A stretch of DNA of 64,000 bases from Vulcanimicrobiota bacterium (GTDB lineage: Bacteria; Vulcanimicrobiota; Vulcanimicrobiia; Vulcanimicrobiales; Vulcanimicrobiaceae). This document shows positions 20,410 through 30,100 of the stretch, piece by piece. A model generated the notes under the pieces. It did not search any database, was not told the origin of the DNA, and saw only the letters and a program-made list of their open reading frames with translations. The stretch is from assembly GCA_963723515.1 (NCBI GenBank), contig CAVRQT010000003.1:544001-608000 (forward strand), read 5' to 3'. The position numbers and the translations under genes were made by a program. How positions within the stretch are numbered: position 1 is the stretch's first letter; every line of letters begins with the position of its first letter.

Positions 20410-22573
20410 CTAGCGGACCGCATCCTCGAGCGATGTTCCGCTCAATATCGCTCTGGAAAGATCGACGCCTCGTAAATTTGTGCCGCTAAAATTACAGCTT
20501 TGAAATGTGCTGTGGGCGACGCGGGCTTCGCTCATATTAGCGTTCGAAAAATCGACGCCGCTAAACGTCGAATTTTCAAGGTTAGTCCGACGCAAATCGG
20601 CCCCACTTAAGTCGATGCCGGCAAGTTTTATTCCGCGAAGATCTTGACCACGCAGGTCGGCTCCTGAGAAGTCGCACCCCGCACGACATGCAAAGAGCAG
20701 AGCGCGTGCTTGTGGCGGGTGCAGCGCGTGCGCTTCAAATTGGCAGCTTACGATTCGTGCGCCATTGAAGACCGCACCGTCCGTATTCGCGTGAGAGAGA
20801 TCGCATCGGTTGAGCAGCGCATTGGAAAAATTTGCGCCGCGCAGATCTGAGTTTGAAAAATCTACGCCTGTCAGTACCGCGTTGCGAAAGTCGGCGTTCT
20901 GAAGGTTGGCCTGAGAAAAGTTACTGCCATTGATGCGCTGGCCATGAAAATCGTGTCCACGGAGGTCCTGCGAGCTGAAATCACATCCGCTGCACGACCG
21001 GCCGTTGCTGCGCATACTCTGCTGATCGGCCGCACAGGCGCAGCTCCGAGTCGGCGGCACATGGACGTGAATGGCGGGCACGTCAACCTTTACCGTCGGC
21101 ACGTTGACATGAATCGGCGGCACGTAGACATTCGTCGCCGGTACCGTGACATGCGTTCCAGGCACTTCGACGTGAGTTCCCGGAACGTTGACGTCGATCG
21201 CAGGGACTGATACCGAGATGCGATGCGGCGTTTGCACTTTCACAATGCTCTCATGGTGCGCGCGGCGCCACTTGCGTTCCCGACGTCTTGTTGCCGCTGC
21301 GCACGTAGACCGTGCGCGTGCTGTAGACCGTGTGAACGATCGTGCGTACGGAAGGTTGCGCGGCAGGCACTTGTTCGGAGTGCACGATCGGCCAGGTCGC
21401 GATCGGCAACTGCGCGACAAAGGTGTTTGCGTGCCGCAAGGCTTGAGTGATGGCCTGCGGTTTGCTGACGATCGCGCCTTCCGGCGTGTACGCGATTACC
21501 GGCGTAACGACGTTCGTAAGAACGAATAGGGCTACAAGCGCTGCGACGACGCCCGCCGGCACAAGGAAGCCGACATTGACGCGCGCATTACGGTGCCGGT
21601 TCAGAAGACGCTCGATGCGCACCGAGATCCCTTTTCGCGTCGCGAAAACGCCGGGCGCCGCCAATGCGTGATGCGGCCAAGCCGTCAATTCTGCCATCTT
21701 GTGCAAGCAGGTTGCGTACGGGCGCACTTCACCCGTGAGAGCCAGCACCCAATCGTCGCATGCCACTTCACGTTCAAGATCCAGCTGCGACCCGATGAAC
21801 TTGATCGCCGGATTGAAGAAAAAGATGATTTGCGCGATGCGCTGCAGCGAGTTCGTCCAGTCATCGGCGCGCCGCAAGTGTGCGAGCTCATGCAAACTGA
21901 TGCGATCGATTTCACCGGCCGAGAGCTGGTGCAGCAGATGCGCCGGCAGCAGGATCATCGAATCAAAGAGTCCGACGGCAACGGGAACTTCGATCCGCTC
22001 CGAGACGCAGATGCGCACTTGCCGATGCGGCCCGTACGCGGCTTCGACCCAGCGTTCCATCTGATCGCGCAGCTCGAACGGCAGCGGCAGAGACTCACGT
22101 TTGAGCCGCTCGAGGCGATAGAGGTCACACGCCAGCCGCACTCCGATTGAGACCGCAAAAACAGCCCAGATCAAAAACAGCCCTTCAGCCAACCCAATGG
22201 GCATCGACAGGTGGAGGCGGGTCGGCAGCCGGACGATGCTCGCCGGCGTGGTTGCAACCGGCTTTGTAACAGCGGTTTGTACTGCTTGCGCTCGCGCTGC
22301 GACGCGGCCCGCATGCTGCGCGACCTGAGTAGCCGGTTGAACGGCATTCGTTTGGATCGCAAGTTGCCCGGCATGACGCGCGCCGGAGATTTGCGGCATC
22401 GTCGTCAGCACCGGCAGCAAAATGGCCGCCACCAACGTGACGAGCCAGCTGAGGTATCTCGTGCTCGCGTTGACGCGCATGTTGCGCAGCAGTGCCCAAA
22501 CCGCGAGCGCCAACAGCGCATCTTCCCACAAGCTGTTGAGAAAAACGGCGACGGCTAGATGAATCGCCGTCAC
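20410..22573 (-). CDS. M56 (BlaR1/MecR1-type) metallopeptidase sensor probably fused to a pentapeptide-repeat domain; one frameshift near 21265
   Basis: NASTRY..W, VPVAVG, HELAH, FFFNP, REVACD, ERLL, then a TM helix. The second frame continues with VxVPxxx repeats and A(D/N)(L/F)xx pentapeptide repeats. Confidence 0.85.
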
Positions 22574-22953
22574 TTCTGACCTTCGTACTTTTCGATCATT
22601 TCTTTGAGTCGCGCAAGTTCTGTCTTATCGAGCTGCTGCTCCTCGACGAGCTTGAGCGCAAGCGTTCCCGGCGAATCATTGAAGAATCGGTTCAGCAGCT
22701 GATCGAGCGCCGTCGTCGAAGCCTCTTCTCGGCGAATTCGAGGAATATAGATGAAGGCGCGACCCTCTTCCTCATGCCGAACGAAGCCCTTCTGCTCAAG
22801 AATCCGCATCGTCGTCAGGACCGTATTGTAGGCAATCGGCGGATTTCCAAGCGAGGCCGTCACCTCGCCGACCGTTGCGCGGCCCTTTTGCCACAGGATC
22901 TCCATCAACCGAAGCTCGGCCTCAGTCAGGGTTCGCGATTTCTTACGTGCCAC
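22570..22953 (-). CDS. BlaI/MecI/CopY family repressor
   Basis: LTEAELRLMEILW, AYNTVLTTMRILEQKGFV, GRAFIY; GTGA overlap with the M56 gene. Confidence 0.93.
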   Translation of the reverse strand: MARKKSRTLTEAELRLMEILWQKGRATVGEVTASLGNPPIAYNTVLTTMRILEQKGFVRHEEEGRAFIYIPRIRREEASTTALDQLLNRFFNDSPGTLALKLVEEQQLDKTELARLKEMIEKYEGQK

Positions 22954-22966
22954 AGGCTCTCCAGAT

Positions 22967-23032
22967 TGTCAACTAATTCCTTAAGAGAAGTATAGTGGGC
23001 TCCTCGGCCGCTGTCAACTAATTTGTTAAGAG
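22967..23032. repeat. Two 21-bp direct repeats, probable BlaI-type operators
   Basis: TGTCAACTAATTCCTTAAGAG (22967-22987) and TGTCAACTAATTTGTTAAGAG (23012-23032), 19/21 identical. Confidence 0.8.
22989..23017 (-). promoter_or_regulatory. sigma70-type promoter of the blaI-M56 operon
   Basis: TTGACA (23017-23012), 17-nt spacer, TATACT (22994-22989). Confidence 0.85.
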
Positions 23033-23077
23033 CGCAGTGCTGCATCCAGGCCAATGCCGAACCGCCTTAGAGAAGTG

Positions 23078-23485
23078 ATGAACCAGAAAGAATCAGCGAC
23101 CAAAAAGACCGACGCCGAGTGGCGGCAAGCGCTCTCACCGGAGCAGTATGCCGTGCTTCGGCAGTCGGCTACAGAGGCTCCCTTCACCGGCGCCCTCCTG
23201 CAGAACAAAGAAGACGGGATGTACCACTGCGGCGCATGCGGCGCACCGCTTTTCCGATCCGACAGCAAATACGAATCGGGTTGCGGGTGGCCAAGCTTCA
23301 CGCATCCCGAAACGCGCGAAAACGTGCGCTTGTTGGATGACAACAGCCACGGAATGCATCGCACCGAAGTGCGCTGCAAGCGTTGCGATTCGCATTTGGG
23401 CCACGTTTTCGATGATGGGCCGGGTCCCGAAGGCACGCGCTACTGCATTAACTCCTTGGCGCTCGGCTTCCAAAAGCAGACCTGA
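23078..23485 (+). CDS. msrB: Peptide-methionine (R)-S-oxide reductase
   Basis: TEAPFTG, CGAC, GCGWPSF, RTEVRC, HLGHVFDDGP, RYCINS. Confidence 0.96.
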   Translation: MNQKESATKKTDAEWRQALSPEQYAVLRQSATEAPFTGALLQNKEDGMYHCGACGAPLFRSDSKYESGCGWPSFTHPETRENVRLLDDNSHGMHRTEVRCKRCDSHLGHVFDDGPGPEGTRYCINSLALGFQKQT

Positions 23486-23509
23486 ACGGTAGCGGCGAAG
23501 GAGCGCGCG

Positions 23510-23908
23510 GTGGAAGCGACGCTCTTTGCCGACGGAGGCTCGCGCGGGAATCCGGGGCACGCAGCGTCGGGCGCGGTGCTGGTCGGGACTGACGGCGCCG
23601 TATTGCGCGAGATCGGCCGCTATTTAGGGGTGGCAACGAACAACGTTGCGGAGTGGAACGCGCTGCTAGACGGGCTCTCTGCAGCGAAGGAATTGGGCGT
23701 CGCGCGGTTGGCCGTTCGTCTCGATAGCGAGCTCGTTGTCCGGCAACTCAACGGGCAATATCGAGTCAAGCATGAAAACCTGCGTCCGCTGTACGCGCGC
23801 GCTAAGGCGCTTCTTTCGCAATTCGATGAGGTCGAGGTTCGTCACGTCCCGCGCCGCGAGAACAAACTCGCCGATGCGCTCGTTAACCGCATATTAGACG
23901 AACGGTAA
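23510..23908 (+). CDS. rnhA: Ribonuclease HI family protein
   Basis: FADGGSRGNPG, TNNVAEW, DSELVV, HVPRRENKLAD; AAGGAG RBS. Confidence 0.9.
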   Translation: MEATLFADGGSRGNPGHAASGAVLVGTDGAVLREIGRYLGVATNNVAEWNALLDGLSAAKELGVARLAVRLDSELVVRQLNGQYRVKHENLRPLYARAKALLSQFDEVEVRHVPRRENKLADALVNRILDER

Positions 23909-24561
23909 TGCAGCGTCCCAGTTTTCCTTTGATCCTTATCCTTGTCGCGGTGGCGGCCGTGATCGCCGGATGGCTCCTTTTCTTTGTCAAGCCGGAAAGC
24001 GCGCGATATGCGGCAACGCGAAAAGTTGCCAACTCGTCGAGCGACCTGCACGTCAGCATGGCCGTTCGCTACACAAACGGCCCGATTGCGAGCGAAGAGT
24101 ATCGCATGTCCGATCGAAACGGCCAGTCAACGGCAACGTATCGCATTATCGGAACAAACGGAAAGGTGTACACGATCACGACGCCTCCGATTGAAAGTTA
24201 CACCGTGCCGTTCTTCTTCGAGCGTGTCGTTGCGGATGGGATTTGGAAGATCACGGATCGCCCGCCGCGCGGTGAGCGCAACATCGCCTATACCGTGCAC
24301 GTCGATCAAGCCGTTCAGAGTGAGCGCGGCTCCCGGACGGTCACGTTCACCGATCCGCACTATTGGGCGACGACGGCAGGCCGGCAATTCGAGATTCATT
24401 TGGATCGCAATAAGCCGACGCCGAACTTGTTGCAGCTCTCCGGCTCGGCAATTGCCGACAAAAACTACCAAGCGATCGTCAACGACTTCCGCGATTTTGG
24501 AACCGCCGGCTTCCGCGCGAAGGTGGCCGAAGTACAGGCTGCCGTGCGGGCCGGCCGATGA
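23908..24561 (+). CDS. Hypothetical membrane-anchored protein
   Basis: N-terminal TM helix; TAATG and ATGA overlaps with neighbouring genes. Confidence 0.75.
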   Translation: MQRPSFPLILILVAVAAVIAGWLLFFVKPESARYAATRKVANSSSDLHVSMAVRYTNGPIASEEYRMSDRNGQSTATYRIIGTNGKVYTITTPPIESYTVPFFFERVVADGIWKITDRPPRGERNIAYTVHVDQAVQSERGSRTVTFTDPHYWATTAGRQFEIHLDRNKPTPNLLQLSGSAIADKNYQAIVNDFRDFGTAGFRAKVAEVQAAVRAGR

Positions 24562-25358
24562 GCCGGCGTCTACGGCGCGTAGCACTGCCGGCCTTTGTGG
24601 CGCTCGTTATTCTGGCAGCACTGCTTTATGGCGCATACAAATTCTTTGAAGATCCCGGGAACCAGTGGTTCGGCAAGACGATTGTCAGCGGTCCCACCGA
24701 TCAGCGCGTCGTTGCGCTGACCTATGACGATGGTCCGAACCCACCATATACCGACCGCATCCTCGATGTGCTCGCGCGCGAAAAGGTGCCGGCCACATTT
24801 TTTGTTGTGGGCAGAGCCGTCGTCGCGTATCCGAAGACAATGCATCGGATCGTTGCGGGCGGCAACGCGATCGGTAACCATACCTGGGATCATCGTCATC
24901 TCGTTCTCTTGCCGCGCGCGGGACTACGTGCGGAGATGCAGCGGACCGACGACGCCATCCAGCAGACGGTTCACGTTCGCACGCGTTTGATGCGTCCGCC
25001 GTTCGGCGCGCGTGACTGGCTGGTTTTGGACGAGATGCGCAGGCTCGGTTACATCGTCGTCATGTGGTCCGTCCCGCTGCCGCGCGATTGGGAGTATCCC
25101 TCACCGCAGACGATTGCTCACCGGGTCACGGCGCACGTCAAAGATGGCTCGATCATCGTTTTACACGATGGAAACCGGGGACTCTTGTGCACGGCGCGAC
25201 GTCTCTCCGAGCGCGTTTGCAATCGTGCTGCGGACATCGAAGCGACGCGGCTGATCGTCGAAGAACTGAAGTCGCGCGGCTATCGCTTCGTGACGATTCC
25301 GGCATTGCTTGCGATGCACAACGTTCCTAAGCATAGGTCTGCCCGCGGAGTCGAATAA
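24558..25358 (+). CDS. Polysaccharide deacetylase (CE4/NodB)
   Basis: LTYDDGP, ATFFVVG, GNHTWDH, RPPFG, IIVLHDG. Confidence 0.92.
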   Translation: MSRRLRRVALPAFVALVILAALLYGAYKFFEDPGNQWFGKTIVSGPTDQRVVALTYDDGPNPPYTDRILDVLAREKVPATFFVVGRAVVAYPKTMHRIVAGGNAIGNHTWDHRHLVLLPRAGLRAEMQRTDDAIQQTVHVRTRLMRPPFGARDWLVLDEMRRLGYIVVMWSVPLPRDWEYPSPQTIAHRVTAHVKDGSIIVLHDGNRGLLCTARRLSERVCNRAADIEATRLIVEELKSRGYRFVTIPALLAMHNVPKHRSARGVE

Positions 25359-25653
25359 AACCGTCCGCGTGCCGGCCGGCGGGATCGTGATGCGTCCAGT
25401 GGACGACCGCGTTGGAGCCATCGCGCACGAGTTCGCCGCGAATCTGTACTGCGTCACCAGGGTGTACCGGCACCGGTTGCGCTAGCGCAACGTTATCGAC
25501 AACGTCGATCAATCCGGCGGTGGTGCGTACTTCGAAGGTCTCATGCTCGCAACGCGTTCGGGAGCCAAAAAAATAACGCGGCGGCGTCGCGACTGTCCCA
25601 ACGAAGTCCACCTCTGAGCGATGAGTAGTCGCAAGCGCGGCAGCAAGGTCCAT
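25327..25653 (-). CDS. DUF3465-like protein
   Basis: HETF, VVDNVALA, VVHWTHHDP.GRH.DG.I. Confidence 0.75.
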   Translation of the reverse strand: MDLAAALATTHRSEVDFVGTVATPPRYFFGSRTRCEHETFEVRTTAGLIDVVDNVALAQPVPVHPGDAVQIRGELVRDGSNAVVHWTHHDPAGRHADGFIRLRGQTYA

Positions 25654-25741
25654 TCGCGTCCTCCGCTGCACCTTCACGCCGGCGGCGAATGCGGCAAGGC
25701 GCGGCCGTGATTTCCGCGAAACGGCGCCCGTTCAAGTAGCG

Positions 25742-26311
25742 ATGAGGACCATTCGAACCGAGCGTCTGCGGCTCGTTCCCGTGACTTCGCAAAACGCCGA
25801 AGTCTTATGGCGCCTTCTGCAATCGCCGGACTTGCGAATGTTTCAAGACTTGCCGAACTTAAGTGCAGGCGCATTTCGCGCGATGGTTGGAACGCGCCCG
25901 AAACGCCTGCGACGAGGCGCGGCGGGGCGCTTTGAGTGGCTCGTCTATCTGCATCGCATGCGTCGGCCTGCCGGCTGGGTGTCGCTCCGCCTTGCAGACC
26001 GCGATGACGCCGGCGAGATCGGCTATTCGATCGTGAGAGAATTTCGGCGCCGCGGTTTTGCGACCGAAGCGGTCCATGCGCTCGTCCAGGAGGCCTTTTT
26101 GCGGACGCATCTCGATCGGATTAGCGCATACTGCGTGCCGAAGAATCAGCCGTCGCGCGAGGTTCTCAGACGGCTTCGTTTTCGTGAAGGTGCGCTCGTG
26201 CGCAACGGCGCTTCAGTTGCGGGTCAGGCGGTCGACGTGTTGCACTATGTCATTTCGCGTCGCGACTGGGCTCAATCGGCAAAGACGATCGAAATTCCGG
26301 CTTCGGCGTAA
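25742..26311 (+). CDS. GNAT acetyltransferase (RimJ/RimL family)
   Basis: IRTERLRL, EIGYSI, RRRGFATEA, NQPSREVL. Confidence 0.88.
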   Translation: MRTIRTERLRLVPVTSQNAEVLWRLLQSPDLRMFQDLPNLSAGAFRAMVGTRPKRLRRGAAGRFEWLVYLHRMRRPAGWVSLRLADRDDAGEIGYSIVREFRRRGFATEAVHALVQEAFLRTHLDRISAYCVPKNQPSREVLRRLRFREGALVRNGASVAGQAVDVLHYVISRRDWAQSAKTIEIPASA

Positions 26312-26724
26312 CCGAAATAACGGCGCAAGTCGCCGTTTAGATACGACAACAACGGTTCCCGCACGACGCTCACCGTCAGTCGTTGCGCGATCTCAGCAAG
26401 CGGCACCCATTCAACCGCAACGACGTGCGCGTCGCGGCTTGGTAATTCTGCATCTCCGTCGCTTGCGACGGCGAATGTCGCGTTGGTGAAGTGCGTTGCC
26501 CCGTCGTAGGATTCGCTAACGTACAACAGCTCGCCGACGCGGATTACTAGACCTGTTTCCTCGGCAAATTCGCGCTGCAGCGCCGCAGTTAACAGCTCGC
26601 CTTCGTTTTGGCGTCCGCCGGGCAGATTCCAAAGCGGCTTTATTAGATTCGGATAGGCGGAAGCGACGAGCAAGAGACGCTCCCCGCGGCGCAGGAGCCC
26701 GGAACAAAGATGAACGTGATTCAG
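26272..26724 (-). CDS. NUDIX hydrolase
   Basis: Nudix box PGGRQNEGELLTAALQREFAEETG. Start uncertain (CTG 26724 or GTG 26772). Confidence 0.88.
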   Translation of the reverse strand: MNHVHLCSGLLRRGERLLLVASAYPNLIKPLWNLPGGRQNEGELLTAALQREFAEETGLVIRVGELLYVSESYDGATHFTNATFAVASDGDAELPSRDAHVVAVEWVPLAEIAQRLTVSVVREPLLSYLNGDLRRYFGYAEAGISIVFAD

Positions 26725-27062
26725 AAAAGAGGCGGTAGCGGAGCCGCGATGTGCCGCCGACGGAACCACCACGGCAAGAAGATGCGGTGCGCGGGCGGGG
26801 TGTCGAGCTGCTGTTGCTCGCTCGAGCGTGCGTTTGACGATTGGTGCGGCGGCGTGCGGTCGTCCGGATCGACCGCGCTACCGTGCGTTGCGGGTAGCGA
26901 GGGAACATGTACCGTTGATGCATGCGGCAGCATAGGGTGCATCGGCATCGTATGCATCGAAGGCGCCGGATGCATCGTGCCTGCGGCCGTCGCCGCTACA
27001 GGCGTCGTTGCGAAGAGCGCTCCGGCGGCGCAGAACAGACTCACGATCGATCGGACGTTCAC
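26721..27062 (-). CDS. Secreted low-complexity Met/His/Pro-rich hypothetical protein
   Basis: Signal peptide followed by MHPAPSMHTMPMHPMLPH. Confidence 0.55.
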   Translation of the reverse strand: MNVRSIVSLFCAAGALFATTPVAATAAGTMHPAPSMHTMPMHPMLPHASTVHVPSLPATHGSAVDPDDRTPPHQSSNARSSEQQQLDTPPAHRIFLPWWFRRRHIAAPLPPLF

Positions 27063-27126
27063 GCATCGCTCGTTTCGTGCGTCTCGCTGGGTCCTTCCTC
27101 CGCGAATCGCTAAAGGCTCTTAAGGA

Positions 27127-28059
27127 ATGTCACGAGTCGTCGCTCATTTGATCGTGGGAGCAAAGCAAGAACCATTCTTGCCCGCGATGCTCGCCAGCAT
27201 CGAACCGGCGGTCGAGCATCTCTTCGTCAATGAGAACTCGGGTTTACAGGGAGGCGCTCCGGCACTCGGTGCGTTACAGGCAAGCGTCTTGTTTCGCTCC
27301 GGTCGCATGACAATCGCGCAAACCGGTTTTTCGGGTTTCGCGGCGGCGCGCAACACATGTTTGGCATTGGACCGAGACGCGGGCGATGACACATGGATCG
27401 TATTTATTGACGCCGATGAAGTGCATGGGCACGAATTCCCGCGACTGGCTGCAAATCTCGCGCGCCTTCCGCGCCGCATCGCCTATGTCGACGGCTTTAC
27501 ACGGCATTTCTTTAAGTCATACGCGTGGTATCTGTCCATCGAGCGGCGCCTGATGTTCTTTCGTTGGACGCCGGCGGCCCATTGGGAGGGCAACGTGCAC
27601 GAGCGTTTATGCGGCGTCAAAGGCGCGCGCTTGGCGTTACCATACGTCTACGCGCACTACGGCCACGTGTCGCCCTTCGCTGAAGATACGCGTCAAGGAA
27701 CGCAATACGCAGGTTTGGGCCAGACCGGCAACGCGTTACCTGCCGATATCGCGCGGGAGGCCGACGCCTTTGGCGATTTTACGCGCCTAAACCCCCACTT
27801 CGCCGATCGCTGGCGACGCTTGATTCGCTTTCGCGGCAGTCATCCGGCGTGCGCGCGGCCGATCATCGTCTACGAGACGCTGCGGCTGAAAAAACATTTT
27901 CAACGTGTCGAGGAGGCGATCGCGGCGCATCAGCCTCCGGCCCAACGCCTCAAGAATTTCTTCCTTAAACTGAACTACGAGCAGCGCTGGCGCATGCGCT
28001 GGTTCGGCGCGATGCGCTATGACATGTTGCGTTCAGCGGCTTCCTCAAAAACCGCCTGA
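27127..28059 (+). CDS. Glycosyltransferase family 2-like protein
   Basis: FAAARN, WIVFIDADE, WEGNVHE, HYGH. Confidence 0.8.
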   Translation: MSRVVAHLIVGAKQEPFLPAMLASIEPAVEHLFVNENSGLQGGAPALGALQASVLFRSGRMTIAQTGFSGFAAARNTCLALDRDAGDDTWIVFIDADEVHGHEFPRLAANLARLPRRIAYVDGFTRHFFKSYAWYLSIERRLMFFRWTPAAHWEGNVHERLCGVKGARLALPYVYAHYGHVSPFAEDTRQGTQYAGLGQTGNALPADIAREADAFGDFTRLNPHFADRWRRLIRFRGSHPACARPIIVYETLRLKKHFQRVEEAIAAHQPPAQRLKNFFLKLNYEQRWRMRWFGAMRYDMLRSAASSKTA

Positions 28060-29066
28060 GTCTGCTGGGCGCAGACTTTCCAGCGAAAGCGTCGTACGTT
28101 TACGTATCCCAACTCGCGCAACGCAGCACGCAGCGGCGCCTCGCGGGCAATTCTCTCGAGCGCTTGCGCCCAGCAATGTTCGTCATGCGGATCTTCCAAC
28201 AGCGCCGCTTCGCCGGCGATTTCCGGCAGCGAGCTCGCGCGTGCCGCAACGACAGGCGTCCCGCAAGCCATCGACTCGATCACCGGCATGCCGAACCCTT
28301 CGTAGAGCGACGGCACAACAGTTGCTAAAGCGTTCCGGTAAAGTGCGCCTAGCCGCGTGTTCTCTTTTCCTTCTAAGTCTTCGGTGTCGCTCTTGAGATG
28401 AACGACGCGAGGCAACTCCGGATCGCGTTGCGATAAAACGGCCAAGCACGGGCCGCTATCGCCCGGCCAAGCGCGGCGAAACGCGCGGTACAACAGTGCG
28501 AAGTTCTTGCGCGGCTCGGCGGGATCGCCGACAAAGAGAAAGTACTCGCGACCTGCCAATTCGCTCGGCGATGCTGCACCGTCAGATTGTAAAGAATCAT
28601 CCACCCCAAGATAGGTGACCGTAATTGAATCAGCGGGTACCTCGAGCGTCGCCACGAGATCGCTTTTCGACGCATGCGAGAACGTGAGAATTCGGTTCGC
28701 CGGTGCAACGGCAGCGATGAACGGCGCCTGCTCGTGTATTCGGCGGAGCGGGTCTTCCGCGGCGAATTTGAACGGGGCAAGATCGGCTATCGTGCAGACG
28801 TTCGCTCCGGCACCGCTCAAGAAGATACCGTTCCACGGATGCCACAGAACGTCGCAATCGTTTGGAACCCGCGAGGTAAGAGAAAAGCGCCCACTGCCCA
28901 GCATCTTTGCAAACGCGCGCTTGCGAAAATGCGCGAACGGCCGATCGATCACAAGCGTAATCGATACATCGTCCTGGATGACAAAGCAGCGCAAGAGCGC
29001 GCGCGCATAGCGTCCGAGACCGCGATGGTCCTCGGCAAGATTGCGCGCGTCGACGGCAAGCTTAAG
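28017..29066 (-). CDS. Glycosyltransferase family 4 (GT-B)
   Basis: PRKN, PSLYEGFGMPVIESMACGTP. GT4-like N-terminus LAVDARNL...GLGRYA extends upstream of the first TTG (28994); start codon unclear. Confidence 0.88.
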   Translation of the reverse strand, partial: LKLAVDARNLAEDHRGLGRYARALLRCFVIQDDVSITLVIDRPFAHFRKRAFAKMLGSGRFSLTSRVPNDCDVLWHPWNGIFLSGAGANVCTIADLAPFKFAAEDPLRRIHEQAPFIAAVAPANRILTFSHASKSDLVATLEVPADSITVTYLGVDDSLQSDGAASPSELAGREYFLFVGDPAEPRKNFALLYRAFRRAWPGDSGPCLAVLSQRDPELPRVVHLKSDTEDLEGKENTRLGALYRNALATVVPSLYEGFGMPVIESMACGTPVVAARASSLPEIAGEAALLEDPHDEHCWAQALERIAREAPLRAALRELGYVNVRRFRWKVCAQQTQAVFEEAAERNMS

Positions 29067-30094
29067 CGGCGTGCAGCTCTCGCTCGAGAAGGCGTGTAAA
29101 TGCGGCGATGTCGTCTTCCGTTGTATCGAAGCTGGTCATCCAACGCACTTCCGGCAACATCTCGTCGAAGACATAGAAGTAGCGATGCGCGTTGAACGCG
29201 TTCGATCGCCTCGCGGGACATCGTCGCAAAGACCGCATTGCTCTGAACCGGCCGCGTGATTCGAATCGTGGGAATCGAGGCCAGTTTCTGCGCAAGCAAT
29301 TTCGCCATCGCATTCGCGTGGGCGGCATTGCGATGCCAGAGATCATCGCTCAACAGCGCCTCAAATTGGGCGGCGACGTATCGCATCTTCGAGACTAATT
29401 GCGTGGCTTGCTTGCGAACGTAACGCGCGCTCCCGTGATGCAAGTGCGGATTGAAAAAGAGCGTCGCTTCAGCGCACATGAGCCCATTCTTCGTCCCACC
29501 GAAACTGAGAATGTCGATGCCGGCATCGACTGAGGCTGCCGGAAGCGAACACCCAAGCGCCACGACCGCATTCGCAAGGCGGGCGCCATCCATATGAACG
29601 ATCAGATCGTGCTTTTTCGCAAAGTCCGTGAGCGTTCGTATTTCTTCAAGGGTGTAAACGGTGCCGAACTCAGTTGCTTGTGAGATGGAGATTGCCCGCG
29701 GCCGCACGTGATGCTCTTCGCTCGGGCGCTGCAAGAGAGGAGCGATCCCCTCGGGCGTAAGCTTCCCGTCACGCGCGGAAACGGCCAAAATCTTAGAGCC
29801 CGAAAAGCGCTCGAGCGCGCCGCACTCGTCGGTGTTCAGATGCGCCGAATCAGCGCAGATGACCGCTTCGAAGGGTCGCAACACCGATGCGAGCGCGATC
29901 ACGTTTGCGCCCGTGCCCGTGCATGCGAGATAAACCTCCGTTGCTTTTCCGAAGATGTTGCGAAACGCTTCGATTGCGCGCTTCGTCCATGGATCTTCAC
30001 CGTAGGCAACCGCGTGATCTCGATTGGCGTCGGCAATCGCTTGCAGGATCTTAGGATGAATCGGCGCCGCGTTGTCGCTGACGAAACCGCGCAT
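29062..30094 (-). CDS. ltaE: Low-specificity L-threonine aldolase; one frameshift near 29190
   Basis: FVSDN, AYGED, GTGAN, HLNTDECGA, HMDGAR, SFGGTKNG. C-terminus (EVRWMTSFDTTEDD) is in another frame. Confidence 0.85.
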
Positions 30095-30100
30095 CGTTGT

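Noticed and set aside
21040..21220. CRISPR-like or DNA tandem array
   Set aside because: The 21-nt periodicity is explained by degenerate 7-residue protein repeats. There are no identical repeats with spacers and no cas genes.
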